From the NCBI GenBank assembly GCA_010093705.1, contig MU006113.1:119165-183164 (forward strand): 64,000 nucleotides of DNA. The letters are read 5' to 3'. This DNA is from Patellaria atrata CBS 101060. Its lineage: Eukaryota. The translations under genes were made by a program, and so were the position numbers. Below are positions 13,667-29,600 of the stretch, in pieces. The notes under the pieces are model-generated. The model was not told the origin of the DNA, made no database searches, and saw only the letters and a list, made by a program, of their open reading frames with translations. Numbering within the stretch: the stretch's first letter is position 1; every line of letters starts with the position of its first letter.

Positions 13667-15014
13667 ACTGCTGGAGAGAGCGTTGAAAGGTGCTGTTGAA
13701 GTAGGTCGAGGGGTGGGAAGGGGGGTGAGCTCGAAGCAAGGGTACTTAATCGGCCCTAATCGGTGGTGGAAGAGACGGTGCCGTACAACTGACAGGGTTG
13801 AGCATCCTAAGACAGGGAATCCTAGGAGCTTGATTCCAAGCAACTTCACCAAGGTTAACCCGTCGCAGTGGCTAGCGTCCGTCTTTCGTGCACTAACCCA
13901 AATCTGCACAAAACGTCAAAACCCCATCAAAACCCCCCAGCCTGCCTAAGGCCAAGGGAGCCTAAGCCGACCCATGCAATATCGTACCGATGCTCGACAA
14001 CTTCTTCCCAATTCACACGTGGGATTTTGATGCAAGCCTCACTCCGAATCTGATCTGGATGGATCGTTTGAAAATTGCTGGAGGAACTAGGAACCGGATA
14101 GTAATTTGGTTATAGGGAAATTGCCGGTGAGGATTGTCTGGAATAAGAAAAGCGGTCCAGTCATACCAATCATAACCACGCCTGGACAATTGGACATGCA
14201 ACCTTCACATCCCATCGCATGCAGCAAGCAAGGGAAAACATTTCTCACCCTCTCCGCTCTCAGCATTTACGGAGTTATTTTATCACAGGGAACATGGTTG
14301 TCACTTGTAAGCGAAATATAACTGGTTCGAATATTGTGGCCGTCGCCCATTAACACTTATCACTCATGTCCATCGATCGATAGGTTGGTAAAAGTTAATG
14401 TCTTGCCGAAAAGGGGCAGTGAGAGTGTTTGAAATGTGGGATCGTCAACTCAAATGCCTTTCCAGTCCTGAACCATTTTATGAGCGGACAAATCCACCGT
14501 CCTTATCAACGCCTAGAACCATCATGTGCTGGCGACTGGGTGAATAGACGCGTGTCGTAGATCGACCCGTAGATACCGAAAAAAAAATCAGACGACTCTC
14601 CAATTCTTCCGTGCAATCGTGGGGGCGAAGGGGTAACAGTCCGCATAGGCAAAGGCCTCAGCCGTGCGAGACGCTTTCAGTTTGAAAATATGAAGATGAT
14701 CAATTTGAAGCTACCTATCAACTATGTGAACCGTGTCCTCCCTCTGAAGAGATTATGAAACTCTATCGGGTTACTACTGAGCAACCAGGTATGTGGTAGA
14801 TAGTAGCAAAACGGTTAAAGAAAAGAAAGGACACAACTGATATTACCATCCTGCACCCGCTGCGCAAGAATCTTTTGGTTTCCTCGAAAATGCTAGGGCC
14901 CTGAGATGCTCTATGTTAAAACTCCGGAATCGCCAGCCCCAAATGTAGATCTAAGTATTGTTTTGCAGCTGTAAGATGAGAGTCAGTCACATGGTTCTTG
15001 TGAAGAAACTCTAT

Positions 15015-17502
<2,488 letters not shown>

Positions 17503-17712
17503 CGTTAGGCGAAATTAGAAGCGACCGTAAACCTCTGAAAGACTTCTCGAATCTTGTAAAGATATCGCAGGGTAGAGCACTGACGGTTTTGTCGCTGATG
17601 GAGCAGCGATGAAAAAGTAATTCGAGGATGGAGAACAAGGAAGAAAAAAGGTGAGGGTGAGTTATTTGTTCAGAAAAAGAGTTCACGAAAGGGAAGGAGT
17701 TGAGCGGCGTTC

Positions 17713-17734
17713 AAAATAATTTTTCGGCTCATGC
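17713..17734. promoter_or_regulatory. RRPE-like plus PAC-like motif pair upstream of DBP2
   Basis: AAAATAATTTTTC followed by GCTCATGC about 210 bp upstream of the DBP2 ATG. It resembles the yeast ribosome-biogenesis RRPE (AAAAWTTTT) and PAC (GCTCATC) arrangement, but both matches are imperfect. Confidence 0.4.
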
Positions 17735-18052
17735 AGCTAGCGTCTTGGCACAGCCCTATAAAGACAGCACCTCGTCCTTAAACGAACAGAACACTAAATG
17801 TCTTCAAGTATGTAGTCAATACTCGAGAAATTTGCTGTATATGCACTTTGTTAAGTTAACTCGGTTTGAATCAATGTTGGTTCAGGCTGTCGAATACTTG
17901 ATCAGCCCATCACGCCCATGCAACGAGAATCTCCAGCTTTGGGAATAAGTCTTGAAGTAACTCCCATATTCCACAAGTTACGCTCAATCCTACATCACTA
18001 GACCGCTGCGATATCAAATCGTACTTGACAAATATCTTCTGATATGAGCCCG

Positions 18053-20175
18053 TCACTGTTTCACGTTCGAGTTTGCTACTCGAGACCCCATCTCCCAAAA
18101 ACCAGTTTCCATCTGTATGATCATGTCATTAGGCTGCACCACCTTAGAGGATAGGGTGTTTCACCTTAATTGCATGGATGAATATCTTCGCAAGTTCCTC
18201 GATACGGCTAGGAGATTGTTTCGTTGCGTACTCTTCGACCATGTCTGACGTACCATCAACATCTACTGTCAACTGTTGCGCACCAATATAATATACCTGA
18301 ACCATTCTTTACAGCGTCCATGTACTCATGTCCAACATATGTTTCTACCCATTTCCAATATCTATTTCCTTCACGAACACTCTTTGTATCATCGTAAAGA
18401 CGACGAGCGATCATGCCATAGCCGATCAGACATGGAAGGAGAGCGACCTGCAAACCGAGCCAGTCCTCCGAATGGCCAATATCTAAAACATATCTATCAA
18501 ACATCATAATTATTAAACTATCGAGAAGGTAGTTCGGTTCTCTTATACCTCGTATATGCGGTACATGCTGTGGAACGTCAGCAGCTTTTCACAAATTGTA
18601 TGCAGCTTTCTTCCGCTAACCTTGGTCCTCCTCGCTTGATTCGACTTCATCTCTTGATAGCCCGAAGTCGTCGCAAAATTCCAAGTGGAGTTTGAGTTCT
18701 TCTTTGATGTGGGCGACATTCTTTGCGGACTAGAACTTAGTTTAGTAATCAATTATATCAATTATTCGTTAGAATTGTTTACCCTTGCGATGTTGTCTAG
18801 AGACTTGGCTTTGTATGCTGCTAGAGCGTTTGCTCTCGCAAAATGAATCTAGCTTTTGCATGAATATCACTGGTGGTCGATCTATAACTTGGTAGCTTAC
18901 AAGAAAGAGATAATCCTGGATTAAGTAATGTTTAAAGTTTTCTAGGGGTAGACTGCCGTCAGCCAGTTGTTGTACGAAAATGTGCTCCGTATGTTCCTTC
19001 CAGGGGCCTCTGACGTCCTCTCTATTCAGTAAATATTCGATGAAACAACCCCTAAGCAGGTATTAGTAAGATAGGGTTCCCAACTTGTAGATTGTAAACA
19101 TACGGAGAGAACGGTAGGGAGTACGTGGAGTGAAAATGGTTTATCGGTCCACTTCCCTTTCCAATTTGTTGGCTCGTCCTAATACCAGCTTCAACGTAGG
19201 AGTTGGCTAGCTTTACCGCCTGGGGCACGCTCATCCCTTTTGCGATATTGCATGCGATAGAGGCTAGAGATGTTAGAATTTATGACCCCTACTTGATATT
19301 AAGCGCACACTCACACGCTAGAGAACATCCAGTTCCGTGCGTATTGTTCGAATGTAGATAATTATTCTCGAATAGTACCGCCTCACCTTCTCCGTAGAGT
19401 ACGTCAAGCACAATATTTCTGTCTGCCTCTTCTTTTGAGACTAGTCGATCCCTAGTCAGGGGTAAATGACCCCCTTTAACTAAGACATATTTTGGTCCAA
19501 GACTCTGGAGCATCTTCGCAATTTCGACGATATCGTTGATGTTCTCTGGCTCCTTGAACCTTTTATTGGATACCTTGAGTATTAGTTTAGCTTCAGGTAG
19601 ATTTGGTGTTAAGATCATTGCCCGTGGGAGAATACTATCACATAGCTCCTGGACAGCTTCCTCGGGAAGAAGCTGCGCACCGCTGGTCGATATCATAACC
19701 TATAATATAGTAAAGTCAATGAAGGGTCGGTCGTGGTTTTGTGTTCCTTACAGGATCAATGACTGATGCACGAATGTTGTGGTTTCGCAATGCATCTCCA
19801 ACGACTTTAGTCGTAGTAGCAGAAGCTAACATACCTATAATTGAGTTATTAGATATGTCTTGATTCCGTATCCTCAATTCCTCGAGGAATACCCGTCTTT
19901 ACAACATCTACACCAATGTCACTAACACAAGCCTCGATTTGCTTCTTTACGAATTCCGAAGGTGTCTCATGGATCCCGTAAACTCCTTGCGTATTCTGTG
20001 CTGTTAATGCAGTGGTAGCTGTCATCGCGTAACATCCATGAGCAGCAATGACCTTCTGGTCCGCCTCGAGGCCACTGTTTGCATTGTTAGTGGCTCATCA
20101 AAGATTACCGAGGAATCCGTACGCGCCACCAGAGCTATCGGAACCCGCTATCACTAGAACTTTCCTCATACTCAT
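18053..20175 (-). CDS. THI20: Bifunctional hydroxymethylpyrimidine(-phosphate) kinase / thiaminase II (ThiD-TenA fusion), about 10 introns
   Basis: N-terminal KVLVIAGSDSSGG-GLEADQK, TALTAQNTQGV, LTPNLPEA, VLVKGGHLP, THGTGCSLA and GPINHFHS mark the ThiD domain. The C-terminal TenA domain has YLIQDYLF, LLPCLIGYG (catalytic Cys) and ETGFWEMG. Confidence 0.93.
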
Positions 20176-20451
20176 GTTGTTGCGAGCAGGCTGATGGGAA
20201 CTTTTCAATTGATTCTACTGTACTGATCCGTTATCGAATGACATCTTGGTGTCACACATATTTTTGCCTGTCACTAGCGAAGCGAGACCTACGTCATACA
20301 CCCATAGCGGTAAGTAAAGCGCTCCCATGTGCACTCAACAATTTATCAATCCAATCTGAAGTTACTGGATATCGATCCAAACTACGTTAGCAATGCTCTA
20401 CAGCCTTCAAAGTCAATATGGATTTATATGCGACAACGAAGTCACGGCGCG

Positions 20452-22404
20452 TCAATCTGAATAACTGTCATACTCAGAGATGTCCGGATCTGGTTGCTAT
20501 TAGATAGGGTAATCAGCTCGTCTTTAATTATCTTACCTCTGAAGAAGATATAGTCGAAACTTCCGCCCACTTTGGCCGCAATCTCCTCCCTAATAATTGC
20601 TTGTTCTTCGTCGGTTAGAAAATCACGGTCTTGATCAGCCGCCTGTACAGCGATAGCCAAACCACGATTGCTCGGTGATAGAGACCGAATGAATCCATGG
20701 AGACCTTTGGCAGAAAAGGCGCTTAAGCCCTCGAAGGTGACGCTCCGAAGATTTTTAAGTGTACTGACTTGATGCAACACCCTATCTGTAACGTTCCAAC
20801 CTGAGACGACAAGTTCCTCAAGGTTTGTTAGGTGTGTAGCTAGTCTAGTGATATGCATGTCGTTGAAAAAATCAGACATTCTACCGAGGTTGAGTTCACG
20901 AAGTCCAGTTAAGGAGGTCACAGAGTCTAGAAGGATTTCAATCTCATCTCCAACCATGTCTTCACTATCCCCTTGTAGTAAAAGACTGCGTAGTGTCGCT
21001 TGATTCTGTAGAGCGACGTGGAATGCGCGATGATTTCTACCCTCGTATGAGTTGAGATCGAGTTTGTGAAGGCGAATGTTGTCGTCAATCAGCAGGGTCG
21101 TGAGAAGCGTTGCACCAGAATTGAAATTGTCAAACTTGAGCTCTCGCAAGTCTTTGCATTCACGGAGCCAGGCAATAATCTCCTCAAACGACTCGTTGTC
21201 GGTCTTCTCTATATACGAATTCACTCCGTAGACGGTTAAGGAGAAGACTTCGAGATTGACGCAGCCTTTAAGAAAAGCTAATTGAGGAAGAAAGTCCGCT
21301 TTCAAGCCCAACTTTAGCTCTTTTAGACTGGAACCATGGTTGTTAAGTGCTAGTAGGGTCTCTGCACCAACACCGGCATCGCTGATGGTTTGGAATAGCC
21401 TCAACAGGTTCTCTCGGAATCCACTGATGAATGTTGAGAGCTTGTGATCTGCGTCCTCTGTTTTCCTATTTCATTGTAAGCCAACTATACATTGCTAGTC
21501 AACTTCAAACATCTTACATACCAACTAAAGACGGTAAGTGCATCGAACTTGTGACAATGGGTGTGAATAAGAGTTTGCACAGCGTCGTCGGCTAGAGCTT
21601 TTCCATCCCAGATCCACAATGATCGTAGGTTAGAGAGTCTCGGAGCCCATGCCACGAGAGAGCTTGCAAGAACTACAGCCATGTCAGCTAAGGCCATTCT
21701 TCATCATGAAGGAGATATACCTTCGCCTGTTATCTGTTCGAGCATCGGTGCATCTTGCGTGATAACTAGGATGTAGTAAGTCAAATGTACTACTAGTAAA
21801 TCTCTTTTTACTGAATGAATTCTTACCCTCTCCGATGGTATTGATCGCGGCGACAACGTTGAGACGTGGTCCTCTCGCCGACCTGAACTTCGTTGGAGTA
21901 TCTTGGGGAATGTTGAACCTTGCAAGATCTCCAGAGAAAAAGTTCCTAGCAATGGAACGTAAGCAAGTATCCTATCGGCATGGATGCTCTACCATGTAAT
22001 GCGGCCATATTCCTGATCTCACATTTTATAAATACGGGGTAGACTAACTTTGAAATTTTGCCACGAAACTTGTCGTCCTCGAAGAGTAAATGAAGGTCCC
22101 TTAAGTCTAGCAACTTAAGATAGCGAGAATAGGGGAATATGGTCTGACCCATGCTAGAGAGAATGATTGAACGCCATAGGATAGACCACTTTTGAACTAA
22201 GAGCTCTTGCTGAGCTAGGGGAAGATTCTCGGTCCCCTCCCTGATCAAAGGAGATTCATGATAGTTGCGGTAGAGATGCGTGAGAGCAGGAACTGCTAAA
22301 CGTTTACCTGTTCCAATGCATGAGAACAAGGTATCAAATTGGCGTTGGAAAGCGAGCTGTTCGCAGATCAGGTATAATACGTCGTCCGGTAGCATTGTAG
22401 CCAT
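20452..22404 (-). CDS. F-box-like N-terminus plus leucine-rich (RNI-like) repeat protein
   Basis: N-terminal LPDDVLYLICEQL is F-box-like, followed by many LxxLxL repeats (LKELKL, LRELKF, LRSLLL, LRELNL, LEELVV). At least four introns; the last exon ends DPDISEYDSYSD*. Confidence 0.75.
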
Positions 22405-22606
22405 TGTTTCGGCTTGCGGAGATCTGCGCTATCAGATTCGTCTGCACCACCCAAGACAGCTTATTTGAGTGAATCACATAAACTGTCAAGCTGCTACGGA
22501 ACTGATATCGGTTATCCAAGATCTCATCTTTGCTCAGATATTGTGCTGGGGTTGATGGAATTATTGATGTTTGGCTAGGCATATATCATGTTTGGAGGTG
22601 ACGTCG

Positions 22607-22629
22607 ACGCGTTTAAGCTACAAACGCGA
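22607..22629. promoter_or_regulatory. MCB-like elements in the divergent F-box/RAD9 promoter
   Basis: ACGCGT (22607-22612) and ACGCGA (22624-22629) about 200 bp upstream of the RAD9 ATG. MCB boxes are typical of fungal G1/S and DNA-repair genes. Confidence 0.5.
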
Positions 22630-22821
22630 TTAGAACTACACTAACCCGATTAAGTGGAACTACCTTAAGGTACGTACCTAGTAAACCTTACGAGCTACCT
22701 CATACTATCGGGTCTTCTTTGAACCAACATACGGTATTTACCCCAAAGACGAGTAAATCTTAGCTGGGTCCTTTTGGCTACAATAAATAAATGGCCTCAA
22801 TAAATCAACAGTGAAGCAACA

Positions 22822-24374
22822 ATGGTAACTTTGAACTTTACGCTCACACCGGGGGCTGCATCCCGCATCCATGATCTCCTTTTATGCCTATCTAAGTTCA
22901 GCGAGTCTGTCCAGATTGAAGCTCGCAAAGAGAGAGTAGGCAATATCAAGCTATTGAGCCATGGTACATAATTGATGTGTGGTTTCACTTCAGCTTGCCC
23001 TCACAGCCTTGAATTCTTCAAAGTCTGCGTATGCATCTTTCAGTCTTCTGGTTCCGGATTTCTTCTCCAAATATGAATTCTCAAGCGAAAATTATAATAC
23101 AGACGGAAAGTTTACTTGTAGCATCCTAAATAAGGTCTGATTGCATCCATCTCTCTGCAATAGAACCCCACTAAACCCAGAGGACAGGCTCTTCTTTCTG
23201 TGTTCAAGGGTCGAGGGTTCGATGCTAGAGGAAGAGACACCGGGGTTGATCAGTGTGAAGTGAACGTACAAGATAGAGATGGCCAGGCACAATGCCGAAT
23301 GATTATCAAGATGGTCTGCAACCAAGGCATGTCTGACCTCCCTTCAAATTCCGTGCTCACAACTGTACTGACTAGAATGTAGGGGTCACAAAGACCTACA
23401 AGCTTACATATGAGTCGATAGAGATCATGCACGCTTTATTTGATAAGACAATTGCCCCAAATAGTTGGGCAATAAGTTCTGGTGCGCTGCGACGATTCAT
23501 TGACTATTTTGCTGTTAAGACGGAACAGCTCGATATCTATTCAGATGATAATAAGGTCCACTTTTCCGCTTTCACGGAAAAGATCATGAATGGAAAGGGT
23601 ACTGTACACGGATATCCTAGTTCCATGCAGGTTGTAAGTTTCTTCTAACCCACCGTAGATATTCTTAAGCAACCTCTACATACAAGCGTTATCGCCAACG
23701 TCAACGAGTTCAACCGCTTCACAGCTGAAGAGAGACGTCACCACATCATATCAGTACGAGACTTCAGAGCTATTGTTACCCATGCAGATACCTTGAGAGC
23801 GACAGTATCCGCATATTACTCGGACCCGGGGCGACCTCTCCAGTTCAGTTACAATAGTAATGGTATGGTTTGTGAATTTACCCTGATGACAAGCAGTGAC
23901 TACCGGGGTACACTTACTCCAGCTCCCACAGGGCCACCATCCAGAGCCACATCTGCAACAACAAGTGCACCGCTTGATCCCAAACAATCCACAGCTCAGA
24001 TGCCTCCTCCAGCCGTACCTGCAAGACGGTCACGTAACCGCAACAGGGCTCCCGGATCGTCGGTCAGACCAGCACGACAATCTCCAGATCCTGAAAGCCT
24101 TTTTGTGCCGGATGATGATGAAGGGGTATGGCAACCGGTCGAAAATAGGGGAGAGGAGGACCTACTTGGTTGGGATGCGAGCGCGGACAATGTAAGTACC
24201 AAATCACTTGTTAAACTTTCTCTTTTATAAGTTGACTTCTGCTACTAGGATGTTGCATTCCATCCAACTTTCCGTGACACCGGGTCGTTGTCGCATTCGG
24301 AGACGTTGGGAAGCGAGGAGGGTATTGCACCAACTCAAAGGCTCTCCCAAATACAAGGGGCTCTCTTTGATTGA
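22822..24374 (+). CDS. RAD9: Checkpoint clamp (9-1-1) subunit Rad9/Ddc1
   Basis: Spliced MVTLNFTLTPGAASRIHDLLLCLSKFSESVQIEA...LALTALNSSKSAYASF...GVTKTYKLTYES...ISVRDFRAIVTHA...AYYSDPGRPLQF matches the Rad9 pattern. It has an acidic disordered tail ending IAPTQRLSQIQGALFD*. Five introns, one of them GC-AG. Confidence 0.9.
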
Positions 24375-24887
24375 TTACGAGGTTCAGTACCGGTCTAAAG
24401 CTAGCCTCACTATAAAGACGTACTTATATATAGAAACAGCGAGAGGGGATATCCTCCTTTTGAAGATTATCATATGCCCATTGTGCTTTTCATTACTCAT
24501 ACGAATATTACATTGGCCGATTTGTTAGTATGGTGAACCCTCGTTCCGCCTCGAATGCGAGATCAGGTCGTCCTACTGGCATATAGCACATTTCACCGTC
24601 GCGGATTTGAATTGGGGACCCACGAAATTGATTCGAGTTCTTCACCATTCCAAAAAAGACAATACATGAGCTTTATACTACGATCTATAATTCCACTTTG
24701 TTTTCAGCATGTGATACTATTCAACATTAGTTTTCTGACTCACTTTAGAAACCCTAAACGAAGTGAATGGAAATGGAATCTAATTAAATTGATTGATTCT
24801 TTTGTTAATGCTGGCTCTTTGATTCATCATGCTATGCACTATTATAATCCCGCTAATTTCTCTAACGACACTAACCACCCAATCGCA

Positions 24888-26113
24888 TTACTTCCACAAT
24901 TTTGTCAAACTCATTTGTTTATCATCATGCTTATTCAAGATCTTTGCGGTTGCGAGATCAAAGTCCTCCTGCGTAACATGCACTCTTCGTTCCCTTAATG
25001 CATACATTCCAGCCTCCGTGCACACACCTTTCAGTTCGGCCCCGGAACAACCATTCATCTTCTCCGCAATCTTTGTCAAGTTGATACCTCTCGTCAAATT
25101 CATACTCCTCGAATGAATCCTTAGAATATCTGCTCTAGCCTCAACAGTTGGTGGCGGGAACTCGATCTTTCGATCTATACGTCCAGGTCGTAGTAGCGCT
25201 GGGTCAAGGATATCAAGTCGATTAGTCGCCATGATAATCTTGATGTTCTTCGTCGGTTCAAACCCGTCAAGCTGGTTCAGAAGCTCAAGCATAGTGCGCT
25301 GGACTTCGCTGTCACCACCACCGCTGCCTTCCACACGCGAGGAACCGATACTATCAATTTCGTCCATGAAGATGATGCTAGGAGCGTGTTCTCTAGCCAT
25401 GACGAAGAGCTCACGCACCATGCGACTGCCTTCCCCAATGTACTTCTGCACTAACTCCGACCCTGAGACACGGATGAACTTGCAGTCGACATGGTGGGCT
25501 ACGGCTCGGGCTAGTAGTGTCTTTCCAGTTCCTGGAGGGCCGTATAGTAGCACACCTTTCGGCTGTGCGATTCCGAGGGATTCGAAGAGTTCAGGATGCT
25601 TCAGGCCCAGCTCAATAACTTCTTTGATTTCTTTGATTTGCTGGTCCAGTCCACCAATCATGTCGTATGTACTATCTGGCACCTTTTCAACCATCATGAG
25701 GGATACGAGTGGATCAACAGAAGACGGGAGCATCTTTTCGAGCTTGTAGGAATCTGAGAGGAGGGTGACGCGCTTGCCGACGGTGAGTTTTGAGATGTCG
25801 ACGTTGTCCGAGATGTCGACAACTATGGCGGGTTAGCAGCTGAAGTAGTGATAGCAAGATAGGAGATGTATAACATACCATATTTTCCTTCAGGATGCAC
25901 CTTAACTAACACTTTCTTCGTTCCCATCACCTTGACGACCTCTCCTACATACGACCCCGGTTGTTGTAACAGGCCTAGCTCTTCCCGCAGCAGCCGCACT
26001 CTTGAATTGTAGTCATTTCGTTGTGCTTCTAATCTTCGTAATACTGCTTGTCCTTGGATGATCTCAAGCTTCATGCTCTCGATCTTATTGTGAAAGAAAG
26101 TATCAAGCGCCAT
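24888..26113 (-). CDS. RPT6: 26S proteasome AAA-ATPase regulatory subunit Rpt6
   Basis: [41 protein letters not shown] and the second region of homology [16 protein letters not shown], with C-terminal KLWK. One intron at about 25878-25823. Confidence 0.97.
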
Positions 26114-26670
26114 TGCGGCGATTTGTGGTGGTTACGTGTGCTTCGGAATGAAGATTGAGTGGTGGAAAAAGGATAAATTCGGCGACGCTGCGGAGTTCTA
26201 GAAGTTGATGGAGGTGAAAATTGTATCGAGACAGGTATTTGGAGATGAAGAAGTTGAATACACGTTTAATATCAAAGGTGAGTCTGTAGGCGTCGACGAG
26301 ATTCTGGTGGTGATTTGCGGCTCCGTTCAAGCTCCGAGCTTGCCTCTTCCTTGCACGCCAGCCAGCGCGCTCCCATCACTGCCAAGAATGTATAGCGACA
26401 GGATACTCACGAGTAGCATCAAGCTTTGCACGACTTCTTATGTAAAAGAGTGTCCGGTATCGTTAGCCGACACGTTACTTAAGGTCACGATTAACTTTGA
26501 TTTACTATGACCCCTCTGATCCATTCCCTAAACCTAACAGCTTGTGTCATTGCTACAAAACATACCACTGCCACGTGCAATAAGGTTCATACTTCGTGAC
26601 AACCCCCCCAAGCTGAGCTCTACGACATTTGAGATAGTTAAACAATCTTCCTAAAGTCTAATCTCCCATC

Positions 26671-29600
26671 ATGGCTGACGGCGACCGTCCTCAGTACGAG
26701 GACGAGCAAAGTCCCGACTCTCCCACCTTCACCAGAAGACCCTCGTCACCATCAGGAATGCACAGTAGTACTCAGAGTCTCCCAAGCTATCAAGATCCCA
26801 GTAGCAGTCAGACGTCAGAAACTCTTCGTAGAAGGCCTCCACCTAGTCAGCATCAGAGTACGGTCGGATATGGTTCGATTAAATCATATTAAGCATCTTA
26901 TAACCTGAAGCTAACATTTCAAATAGGCTCTATAGTCAGCCCACGACAGTCCCAATCCACAGTTAACAATGAGGGTCAAAGCAGTAAGAATACAAAAAAA
27001 CCAACCATGCCTAGGCGGACGTCGAGGTTACATAGGGGACAGGAGTTTTCAGTCGACGATGCGCAAGAGGAGGTGGATAGAGAACTGGAAGAACAAAAGG
27101 AACAGGCTAGACAAGCTAAAGAGCAGCAGAAGCATGCAAAGATGGCTTCAGGATCTGTTCGAGCGCCCCAGTCGACTTTGAGACGTCGACCAACTGGCCA
27201 CCAACCCACTTTACCCAGAGTTGACTCGGAAGATCGCGGGGATGAGACACAACAGGAAAGAGCCGCTGCGCCTACTGATGCCGACAATCAAGCTTCTTCC
27301 GGGGAAGAGGGAACTCTACAGGCAGAAGAAGAATTGGAGAGTCCCATGGATGACGATGATACTCTCAGTGATGCTGAAAGTTTTACTCTTAAGGATAGAC
27401 AAGAAGCTATCAATGATACCCATCCATTTGGTATCAGGATCTGGAAGCCTGCTCTGTATAAGAAGAATCGATCAGTTCAGAAAACTGCCGAAGGAGATAT
27501 ACACTCTTCACCCGGTGGATTTGTCAGTAATTGGTTGTTTCTCTTCAATATCATGTGGACTCTCCTATTTGGTTGGTGGCTAGGGTTTGGAACAGCTATT
27601 GTTGGACTGTTTCTCCTTACCTTAGGTTTTACGTCCTCAACCTGTTTAGCATACGGAAAGCTTCTTTGGGGTCTGGCTGGCTATCTCTTCTACCCTTTCG
27701 GTAAATACGTCAAACTACTCCAAGATGAAGCTTATGCCGAGGAAGACGAGGGTGAAGGTCGGAGTATTAGTGAGTACGAGAGATGGCAAAGTGGTGACAT
27801 CGAGGAAGGACGTCTTTTCTTTGGACCCGTTAGATCTTTAATCGGACGTCGCAGGAGCAGTGTAGACTCTAACGACGAGGGTGCTAGCCTCCTAGGAAGG
27901 ACCGGAAGAGGTACTCAAAGGAATGATACTAGCAGAACTAAAAACCGGCTGTTTGGTAGAGGAGAATGGAATCTTGGTCGGGTTATTTTTTTCATTTTCT
28001 TCTACGGACTGCTAACACCCATGCTCTTTTTTGTTTCGGCTATCTGCTGGCTTCTGGTTTTCAGTATTCCCATGGGACGAGTTACGGTGCTCCTTTTCAA
28101 TCACCTTCGTCGGCACCCTTTGGCATTGTCATTTCATAATGACAGCGCGGAGACTCGTCGCCCAGGGGAATCGTTCTCGATTCTGCTATGTACTTACCGT
28201 GCCGTTGGCACGAAGTACTGGAAGTACACAATTGATGGCCAAAACATCATTCTCATAAATCTCTTATCAATCGTTGCTTTCACCATCTTCGACTACTGGG
28301 TCTTGGACGTGGCTCTCGGAATTCATAATGCGCTGACGGCTCAGGGGCTTGTCTTCATATTTGCCCTTGCCTCTATCATTCCGCTTGCTTACTTCATCGG
28401 ACAAGCTGTAGCCTCTATCTCCGCACAGTCATCTATGGGAGTCGGTGCTACTGTCAACGCCTTCTTTTCCACGGTTGTTGAAGTCTTTTTATACTGTGTT
28501 GCTTTGAAGGAGGGCAAAGCCCAATTAGTTGAAGGGAGTATCATTGGTAGCATATTTGCAGGTATCCTATTTCTTCCTGGATTATCCATGTGCTTCGGAG
28601 CTTTGAAACGGAAAACACAACGTTTCAATGTCAAATCAGCTGGTGTTACCTCAACCATGTTGCTTTTCGCAGTGATTGGAGCTTTCGGTCCTACCCTTTT
28701 CTATCAGATTTACGGCAGTGTGAGTGATCTTTAGAAGATTATGTGTTTTCGATTACCTAACATTGGCGCAGCACGAACTCAACTGTCATCAATGCCGCAA
28801 TCCTGGTAACCACGCAGGGGTAAATGAATGCCGGCGATGCTACTTTTCTCAGCGTCCTGCCATCCACGACCGGTTCTACGTCGAAGCTGTTCGCCCATAT
28901 ATCTGGTTTGCAGCCGTGATGTTATTCTTATCTTACATTATTGGCCTACTGTTTACACTTAGGACGCACGCGGCAGTCATCTGGAACTTCGAACTTGACG
29001 AGAAGAAAGTCGCAACCATCGAAGCACAGTCCAGTCACTTGGCCAACAGTGCACTTCTGGCTGAATCAGGTCACAGTACAGGTCGTGGTACCCTTCCACG
29101 GATGGATACAACTGCGTCAACGATGGGTGGTCAACCACGTCCCGACATCCGCGATTCTGCCCTCTACAAGCGCATTCTGGGACAATCTCTCAAGGAAGTC
29201 GGACTCTCCGAAACAGGAGAAAACCAAACACGTCCTAAGAGCTCTTCCTCTACTCATGCTACACCACATGTTCCTCCACCAAGGGATACAGTCCTCCACA
29301 TGGATGGCTTGACAGAAGAGCAGAACCAATCTCTCGTGTTCCATGTCGCAGAAATGGCCGCTACGGCCGCGGCGGTAGCTGCTCGTGATGCGGCAAAAGC
29401 TCCGAGGAAGGCGTCTCAGCTCGCATCTACGCCTGCCCGACCGCATCATTCCCGCGCCCCGACGGGGGAACGACCACATGTCTCTCGCACTGGGACGTTT
29501 GGCGAAGAACCTGAGGGAACTGGAGATGCCCATGGCGGGGTACCCGGCGGCCACGACGCCCCTAACTGGAGCAGGACGAAGAGTGCAATAATCCTGCTAA

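Noticed and set aside
14690..14780. Possible box C/D snoRNA (ATGAAGA ... CTGA ... CTGA)
   Set aside because: Box C is imperfect, and I found no terminal stem or recognisable rRNA-antisense guide. It lies antisense to the likely DBP2 3' region.
20176..20440. TPP riboswitch upstream of or within the thiamine salvage gene
   Set aside because: I saw no TPP aptamer core (CUGAGA ... CCUGA ... AUAAU ... GCG). Known fungal TPP riboswitches lie mainly in THI4, NMT1 and transporter genes.
26150..26580. Rpn4/PACE element upstream of RPT6
   Set aside because: Only partial matches (GGTGGAAAA, CGTGGCAG), too weak to call.
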